Assembly (NCBI GenBank): GCA_043228905.1
Contig: JBHGNT010000015.1
Location: 3,596,001-3,660,000, forward strand
DNA length: 64,000 nucleotides
Reading direction: 5' to 3'
Origin: Azolla caroliniana
Taxonomy: Eukaryota; Plantae; Polypodiophyta
Both the position numbers and the translations under genes were made by a program. The notes under the pieces are model-generated. The model was not told where the DNA came from. It did no database searches and saw only the letters and a list, made by a program, of their open reading frames with translations. Numbering within the stretch: position 1 is the stretch's first letter; each line of letters opens with the position of its first letter. Of this stretch, positions 57,051 through 64,000 are shown piece after piece.

Positions 57051-60000
57051 TTTTTTGACGTCGGCTTGCATGCCAGCAAGTGCAAAGATATCAACCATAA
57101 GGATATATGCGGCAGCACAACAATTATCCAGTTGTAATGCCTGGTCAAATGCTAATTGTCCAAGTTTCAAATTTCCCCATTTTTTACAAACTCCCAATAA
57201 CGCAAGCCAAATGGCGGGATAATCTGAAGATGGCATTGCCTTAATCACTGACATCACCTTATCAAAGTGCCCTCCACACCCAAAAGCCAATACCATACAG
57301 GTATGGTGCTCTATGTTTGGATTGACTCCATATTTTTTACTCATATTTCCATAAAGCATTTCAGCTTCATCCAATAGCCCTGAATGACTACATGCACTTA
57401 GAACACAGAGAAACGTCACCTGATCTGGAGAAATACCCTCACTTTGCATTCTTTTGAAACAAATCAATGCTTCATCACCTTTCCCATGTTCAGCATACCT
57501 CGCTATTAGTGTGTTCCAAGAAACTACATCCCGAATAAGGAGCTCCTCAATCACTTGTTGCGCCTTTACGAGCATCCCACATTTGGCATACATATCAACT
57601 AGTGCATTTCCGACCAAAACGTCTTTCTTTAGTAAGCTCTGATTCACAATCTCTTTGTGGATTTTCTCACCCCTCTCTATAGATCCTGAATTGCCACATG
57701 CTTTCAAGGTGAAAATAAAGGTGACAGCATCGGGACAGAGACCCTCACTTTGCATTTGTTTTAAACACTTGAATGCTTCATGGCACAAGCCCTGTTGGGC
57801 ATATCCTCCAATTAGTGCATTCCAAGTGACTACATCTCGATAACGAAGTTGTTTAAGCACCTTATGTGCTTTTGAAACCACACCATATTTGACATACATA
57901 TTCACCAAAGCATCACCGAGCACAATATCCGTCTCCAACAAGCCTCTACTTAGAACTTGTCCATGAATTTGCTTGCCTTTATCCATAGCTAAGGAATTCC
58001 CACAAGCCATCAAGACACAAGTGAAAGTAACAACATCTGGAAATAATCCCTCACTTTGCATCCTCTCAAAACAGTTCAGTGCTTCATAGCCTTGCCCTTG
58101 TTGGACATATCCTACAATCAGTGTATTCCAAGAGAGTATACTCTGAATGGGAAGCTCTTTGAACACTAGCTCTGCTTTTGCAAGCACACCACATTTGGCA
58201 TACATATCAACCAAAGCATTTCCCAGCACAGTATCCATCTCAAAATAAAAACTAATGACATGAATTTGTTTACCTTTCACTATAGCTTCTTTGCTACAAC
58301 AAGCTTTCAATATGCAAATCAAGGTGACCATATCTGGAGAGAAGCTCTCGCACAACATACGTTCCAATGAGTTCAATGCTTCCTCATATTGCCCCTGTTG
58401 TGCATAGCCCGAAATTAGAGTGTTCCAAGATACTACATCCCGAGCAATTACTTCTTGGAGCACTTCTTGTGCTTTACTAAGCACACCACATTTGGCATAC
58501 ATATTTACCAGAGCAGTGCCAAGAACAATATGTTTCTCTGACAAGCCCCTCTGCAAAATCATTTCATGAATTCTTTTGCCCTCATCTATAGCACTCATGC
58601 TGCCACAAGCTTGCAAGATGCAAATAAAAGTGACAGCATTTGGAGAAAGTCCTTCATCTTCCATCTGTTGCAAACAGTTCAATGCTTCCTGAAATTCCCC
58701 ATACTGGGCATATCCTTCAATCAGTGCATTCCAACCTGAGACATCTCGAAAAGAAACTTCTTTAAGCAATTCTTGCGCTATTGCAAGTTCGCCACATTTT
58801 GAGTACATATCTACCAAAGCAGTGCCAAGCTCAGTATGTTTATCAAGCATGCACCTTTTTACAATCTCCTCATGAATTTTCTTCCCCATATCTATATTTC
58901 CCATGGTGCCACAAGGCTTCAAGATGCAAATAAAGGTAATTGCATCTGGAAACAGACCCTCATATTTCATGCATTCAAAGTAATTCAGAGCTTCTTTTCC
59001 ATTACCTTTTCGAACATACCCTGTAATTAATGCAGACCACATAATTATGTTTCGAGCAGGAAGCTCTTCTAGTACTTGGTGAGCTTTTGAGAGTGCACTA
59101 CATTTGGCATACATGTCGACCAATGCAGTGCCAAGCGCAATATTTTCCTCTAGCAAACCCTTCTTCAAGATGTTTTCATGTATTTGTTTGCCCTTTTCTA
59201 TAGCTCCTACGATACCACATGCCTTTAAGATGAAAATGAAGGTTACTGCATCTGGAAGAAGGCCCTCACCTTCCATTTGTTCGTAACAATTCAATGCTTC
59301 GTGACCTTTCTCTTGCTGTGCATATCCCGCAATCAGCGCAGACCAAGAACCTATGTTGCGAACATGAAGCTTCTCAAGCACCAGATGTGCATTTGCAAGC
59401 TCGCCACATTTTGCATACATATCCACCAAAGAATTTCCAAGCATAATATCCTTCTCCAACAAGCTTCGTGTCATGACTTTTTCATGAATTTGTTTCCCTT
59501 TATCTAAAGCTCTAATCTGACCACATACCTTCAAGATGCAAATAAAAGTTATCTCGTCTGGAGAGAGACCCTCAATTTGCATACGTTCAAAGCACTCCAA
59601 TGCATCAAGACCACGTTCTTGTTGAGCATGTCCAGTAATGAGAGCATTCCAAGTAACTACATTTCGAGATGGAAGCTCGTTAAGCATTTCTTCAGCTCTT
59701 GCAAGCATGCCACATTTGGCATACATATCCACCAAAGCATTACCAAGCATTACATCCTTGCCTATGAACCCCCTATTCAGAATCTGATTATGAAGTTCTG
59801 TGCCCTTTTCTAAATCTTTTGTTTTGCCACACACCTTCAAGATGCAAATGTACGTGACAATATCAGAAGAGAGGCCCTCACTTTTCATCCTTTCATAGCA
59901 ATTCAATGCTTCATGACCTTGCCCATGTTGGGCATACCCTGAAATTAATGCATTCCAAGTTATTGTATTTCGAACAGGCAGTTGTTCAAGCGCCTCTTTT

Positions 60001-60521
60001 GCTCTTGCAAGAGCACCACATTTTACATACATATCCACAATAGCAGTACCAAGGGCCACATCTTTGTCTACCAAGCCCCTAACTACAATTTCGTCATGAA
60101 TTTCTTCACCTTTGTCAATAGATTCTACATTGCCACATGCCTTCAAGATGCAAATGAAAGTGATTGCATTTGGAGATATGCCCTCTTTTTTCATCTGTCC
60201 AAAACAATTCAATGTTTCATAAATTTGCCCCTGTTGAGCATGACCTGAAATTAGTGCATTCCAAGACACTACGTTGCGAATGGGGATCTCATCAAGTACT
60301 TCCTGAGCTTTCTCAAGTAAACCACATTTTGCATACATACTGATTAAACTGCTGGATAGGTAAGGGCTTTTTCCAAGTAACCCTTTTTTGAGAATATCAA
60401 CGTGCAATTTATGGCCTTGAAAAACATCCTTCCTTTTGGAACAATCCTTGAGTAAAGCTGCAAAAGTGAAATCTTCATCGTGCTTTTCATCAATGAATCG
60501 CTTTATTATGCTACACCGCAT
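56901..60521 (-). CDS. PLS-class pentatricopeptide repeat protein with E-type C-terminus and no DYW (candidate organellar RNA-editing factor)
   Basis: 1206-aa intact ORF of repeated triplets (GNALVDMYAKCG / VVSWNALISGYAQ / PDAVTFICILKACG), ending in PNIEHHTCMV...WLALLGVC...AAYILM. Confidence 0.93.
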   Translation of the reverse strand: MRCSIIKRFIDEKHDEDFTFAALLKDCSKRKDVFQGHKLHVDILKKGLLGKSPYLSSSLISMYAKCGLLEKAQEVLDEIPIRNVVSWNALISGHAQQGQIYETLNCFGQMKKEGISPNAITFICILKACGNVESIDKGEEIHDEIVVRGLVDKDVALGTAIVDMYVKCGALARAKEALEQLPVRNTITWNALISGYAQHGQGHEALNCYERMKSEGLSSDIVTYICILKVCGKTKDLEKGTELHNQILNRGFIGKDVMLGNALVDMYAKCGMLARAEEMLNELPSRNVVTWNALITGHAQQERGLDALECFERMQIEGLSPDEITFICILKVCGQIRALDKGKQIHEKVMTRSLLEKDIMLGNSLVDMYAKCGELANAHLVLEKLHVRNIGSWSALIAGYAQQEKGHEALNCYEQMEGEGLLPDAVTFIFILKACGIVGAIEKGKQIHENILKKGLLEENIALGTALVDMYAKCSALSKAHQVLEELPARNIIMWSALITGYVRKGNGKEALNYFECMKYEGLFPDAITFICILKPCGTMGNIDMGKKIHEEIVKRCMLDKHTELGTALVDMYSKCGELAIAQELLKEVSFRDVSGWNALIEGYAQYGEFQEALNCLQQMEDEGLSPNAVTFICILQACGSMSAIDEGKRIHEMILQRGLSEKHIVLGTALVNMYAKCGVLSKAQEVLQEVIARDVVSWNTLISGYAQQGQYEEALNSLERMLCESFSPDMVTLICILKACCSKEAIVKGKQIHVISFYFEMDTVLGNALVDMYAKCGVLAKAELVFKELPIQSILSWNTLIVGYVQQGQGYEALNCFERMQSEGLFPDVVTFTCVLMACGNSLAMDKGKQIHGQVLSRGLLETDIVLGDALVNMYVKYGVVSKAHKVLKQLRYRDVVTWNALIGGYAQQGLCHEAFKCLKQMQSEGLCPDAVTFIFTLKACGNSGSIERGEKIHKEIVNQSLLKKDVLVGNALVDMYAKCGMLVKAQQVIEELLIRDVVSWNTLIARYAEHGKGDEALICFKRMQSEGISPDQVTFLCVLSACSHSGLLDEAEMLYGNMSKKYGVNPNIEHHTCMVLAFGCGGHFDKVMSVIKAMPSSDYPAIWLALLGVCKKWGNLKLGQLAFDQALQLDNCCAAAYILMVDIFALAGMQADVKKIESMQMKYVSSKKKHGNNVGDVEAIGMKVQSNANEARGVSMKKENNLLV

Positions 60522-61080
60522 TTCGCATACATACTGATTAAACTTCGGGATAGAACATCAATAACCCTTCTTTTAGAACATCAACTGAAATTCATGCCCT
60601 TGATTATTATACTTCCTTATTTTTGGCACAATCCTTGGACACAGTGACTAAAGGTGAAATCTTATGCATGCATTATAAAGTCACATTACAAAGATTAAAT
60701 CTTCCTCATGTTTCCAATGCGAAAACCCACCTTAGGAGGTGAGATATTCCTCATAAATTACATTGCAAATCACATTATGAACGTGGAATCTTTCCTCATA
60801 AATTACATTGCCAATCACATTATGAACACTGAATCTTCCTCAAATATTGTCATCGAGAAACTGCACCCTTTCCTTATTACACCACATCTAAGCATACATT
60901 CTATTCATACTCATCTTTGCGGGTAGCAAGTAACCGTTTCGTTCTTCAGGTCATGGTCTAAACATCCATCCATGAGAATCTGGCCTCGGAGCAGAAACAG
61001 AGTAGCATTTCATTCAAATGTTTCAGAAAAGTAAAAACTTATGCATCCATATTTCTAAGACTACAAAACAATAATCATGA

Positions 61081-61081
<1 letters not shown>

Positions 61082-61111
<30 letters not shown>

Positions 61112-61153
61112 CATACATACATACATACATACATACAACATACATACATACAT
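61082..61153. repeat. (TACA)n microsatellite
   Basis: About 17 near-perfect units, read directly. Confidence 0.95.
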
Positions 61154-61439
61154 ATAATAGAATGAGTGATTGAATCAAAAAATGAAGGACAAGCATCAAA
61201 TCAAAAGCATATTTTCGAATCCCCGACCACAGATTTTACTCTAAGTAGGAAAATCCCGTTGCATTACGATGGATGTCTTTTGTCATTGGGGAAATTTACG
61301 AGGATGGATTGTTTTTGCCACACCAACGATCCTACATTACTATCAAATTTCATCCTTCTCTACGTTCGGTATTATTATCTATTGATATGGATTCAAATAT
61401 CATGTGAGTTTTGTGTAGCACACTGAGCAACTTCCGAGT

Positions 61440-62745
61440 TTCAACCAAAGTTGTTGTAAAAAACTCGATATGGGGAAAAGGCATTAATTGAAATATAGAG
61501 GAATTATGCTCAAGTAAAGAGAGAGCTATGGGAAATTGTGTTAGTTGTTAAGGTCGACTATGATTACTTGATTGGAGGAGAAGTTGCCATCAAAGTAGAC
61601 TATCTTCCGATCCTTGGAATGATTTTCGGGTACTTGATGCCGGATATAGTTATGTTATGCTAAATAGCCTATATTAAATCACTTAACTTGGAAATTTGAC
61701 ACATGACACATGGTTGTCGTGTTTTCTAGGGTTAGATACGAAGAGGACGACAAGGAGTTTGTAGAAGAGGACTTGATGATGAACTATATTTCTTTAAGAT
61801 GACTCCCACAACATCTGAAAGAGACGATGAATGAACATTTTCCACATTTAAGGAAGACAAATATAAAGTCCACGAGTGGTTCACAATAGATCCATCATGG
61901 ACTAAAGAGGAGGCCCAAAGGATTCGAAAGAAAGCACCCCAAGAATACATGTATTCCTTACAAGGGAGGTATCTTTGGAAGCACCCCAAGAAGAGGATAG
62001 ACACACCACTAAGAGGAATTTGTTAGGAAGAGGATCCAAGATCTTTTGTGTCTAAATATCATGAAGATTGAGCGAGGGCACATTCCCATAGTAAAAGCAT
62101 TTATCAAAGCTTGTGCGTGGAAGGTTGGAGATTGGCCTCAATTGTTACATTACTTTGCAGGTGGATAGAACAACTCAAAGTTCATGTATGATCAAAAGCT
62201 CGTAATGCTTGTTGAGAAGTTGATCACGTCATGGGGGGTGACAATGCCCTAGGAGAATGAAATGAGTAGATATGACCTCTTAGCGATGTGGATACGATAA
62301 CTTGAAAGATGGATGGAGAACTTAAAGTTGGCATTGGACATATTGAAGTAAGCTAGAATCCAAAACAAGCGAATTTTTGACCAAGTATATCGCCTACATC
62401 TTAGGAAGATTGAAGAAGGGGATTGGGTAAATGTTTATGACAATAACTTGACAATCAACATAGTCAATGAGGAAGTTTGCAAGGCATTGGTTTGGATCAT
62501 TCATGGCAATCCGAGTGAACGACAATGCCACCTATCAATGAACTAAACTAGAGGGAAACATTATGTCATTGTGATGTGAGAAGAGCACATGGGAAACAAG
62601 TGAAACAAGAAATATATAAAAGGTTAAAGATAGGGTAAGTTCTCTAGTTCCTTGTTGGATAATAAAATTGGGTTCAAATTTTGAAAAGAAAGCAATTCAA
62701 AAATATATGAACCATTCATGGATCACATAATTGGGTGGCGGGATG
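61440..62745 (+). mobile_element. Highly degenerate gypsy remnant related to element A (RNase H to integrase C-terminus, PPT-like tract)
   Basis: RNYAQVKRELWEIV...DYLIGGEVAIKVDYLPILG, YLWKHPKKR and RKIEEGDWVNVYD parallel element A. gggtggcggga then TG at ~62743. Confidence 0.75.
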
Positions 62746-63373
62746 TAAGTCCTGATAATTTTGTAAGTTCTTTATTTGAAACTGAAATAAAAAATGTATG
62801 GCACTACTACAATAGTATGTAGGTGTGATTTGGAAAATAAGATATATATGGGTGAATAATTGTTGAGATATCAAGCTCAACTAGGTTTAGTTATTTTGTC
62901 AAATGTGTAACTTAGTAGTTGCATACATAAAATCTAATTAGTGTATTGACTTCAAAGCCTTAAATATGATTTTATACTTGTACTTAAGTGTGGATACATT
63001 CTAGATCCTCCACTACTAAGTTCATTTAATATAGGACTCACATCATTGTACCTATATTCACCTCACACATGTCCACCCTTGCACATTAGATGTATACATA
63101 GAATGAACCATACGTATCATACGTGCATTCGCATTCGCGAATGATTCATATATACGCGTATGGTAAATCATCTCCAAGTTGGATTGGATTGACACGTTTG
63201 ATTGGATTGAATATGGTCTATATTATATAATATAATGATTCACTCTCAATCCCAACAAGTGGACTATGTCATTATAAACTATCATCAAACATTCAAAATT
63301 TCATAAAGCTTATATTCGAGAATATGAAGAAAATATGACACTAACAAAAAATTCTACTAGAAATTCTACTTGT

Positions 63374-64000
63374 TCAATTGACGTAGAAATTTGTTTGAGA
63401 ACTCTCACTAGAATGTGCCTCATTACTACCAACAACATAACTGTCTTCAATGTCCTCATCTTGCATACTATTGAGGATATCATTTGAATTTTCAGTATGT
63501 AAAATTTCTCGCTCTTTTTGCAAGTTCAATAATCTTTCAGCATCTTCCTCTTTATTAACCATTTCCATTGTAATTTCCAATGGGGTGTAACCTCTTTCTT
63601 TGATCCTCTTGAGAAGCCGTAAATTAGTGTGCAAGTACACTAATTTCTCCACATGGCATGGGGATAACCTGTTTCTTCTTCTTGTATGTATGAGAGAAAA
63701 TGTATTCCAATTCCTTTCACATGGAGATGCACTAGAACCTTGTGAGAGCACACGAATTGCGAGTTTCATCAAATTGGGAGTAGTTGTTTCAAATGCTTCC
63801 CACCACATAACTGGATTTTTCATTCTATTTAAATCCTTTGCAAATGGAAGACGAAACATATAGCATGTCTGTTTTCTATAAGCATAAAACTCATCTATCA
63901 AGGCATCTTGCAAAACTTGATTGCCACTAGCATAACGCATGATTGTTGTCATCCAACCAGTATTCAACATATTATTTATTTCTTGACCATTTCTAGTCCA
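63374..64000 (-). CDS. hAT transposase C-terminal part (dimerisation domain); continues beyond the window
   Basis: PVMWW...TPNLMKLAIRVLSQGSSASPCERNWNTFSLIHTRRRNRL...EKLVYLHTNLRL. Confidence 0.88.
   Translation of the reverse strand, partial: WTRNGQEINNMLNTGWMTTIMRYASGNQVLQDALIDEFYAYRKQTCYMFRLPFAKDLNRMKNPVMWWEAFETTTPNLMKLAIRVLSQGSSASPCERNWNTFSLIHTRRRNRLSPCHVEKLVYLHTNLRLLKRIKERGYTPLEITMEMVNKEEDAERLLNLQKEREILHTENSNDILNSMQDEDIEDSYVVGSNEAHSSESSQTNFYVN

Noticed and set aside
63090-63170. Possible hAT terminal inverted repeat
   Set aside because: The partner end is outside the window, so TIR and TSD cannot be verified.

Overview
Eukaryotic plant DNA, probably from a fern or other non-seed land plant (inferred from the PPR gene style and the TE families). 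Bases 922-52435 are one nested transposon stack sitting inside a LINE. The outermost element and an inner one (40067-49277, ~9.2 kb, uninterrupted) are two diverged copies of the same unusual DNA transposon. Both have 35-bp TIRs and 4-bp TSDs. Each carries an intronless Sola-like DDD transposase (minus strand) and, transcribed divergently, a six-exon gene for a ~975-aa protein fusing a ParB/Srx-like domain to a bacterial-type beta-class amino (N6A/N4C) DNA methyltransferase. Intron 1 of that gene holds an array of a palindrome, AACTCGATACG-N-CGTATCGAGTT. The palindrome is conserved between the two copies while the spacers are unrelated, which suggests a parS-like binding array. Nested inside are three Ty1/copia elements (one intact and very young), a Trp-primed Ty3/gypsy, a chromovirus with an RT deletion, and a non-autonomous LTR element with a coiled-coil ORF. 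The right 11.5 kb holds an intact PLS-class PPR gene, LINE and gypsy remnants, and the 3' end of a hAT transposase. All family assignments come from motif reading by eye; no database search was run.
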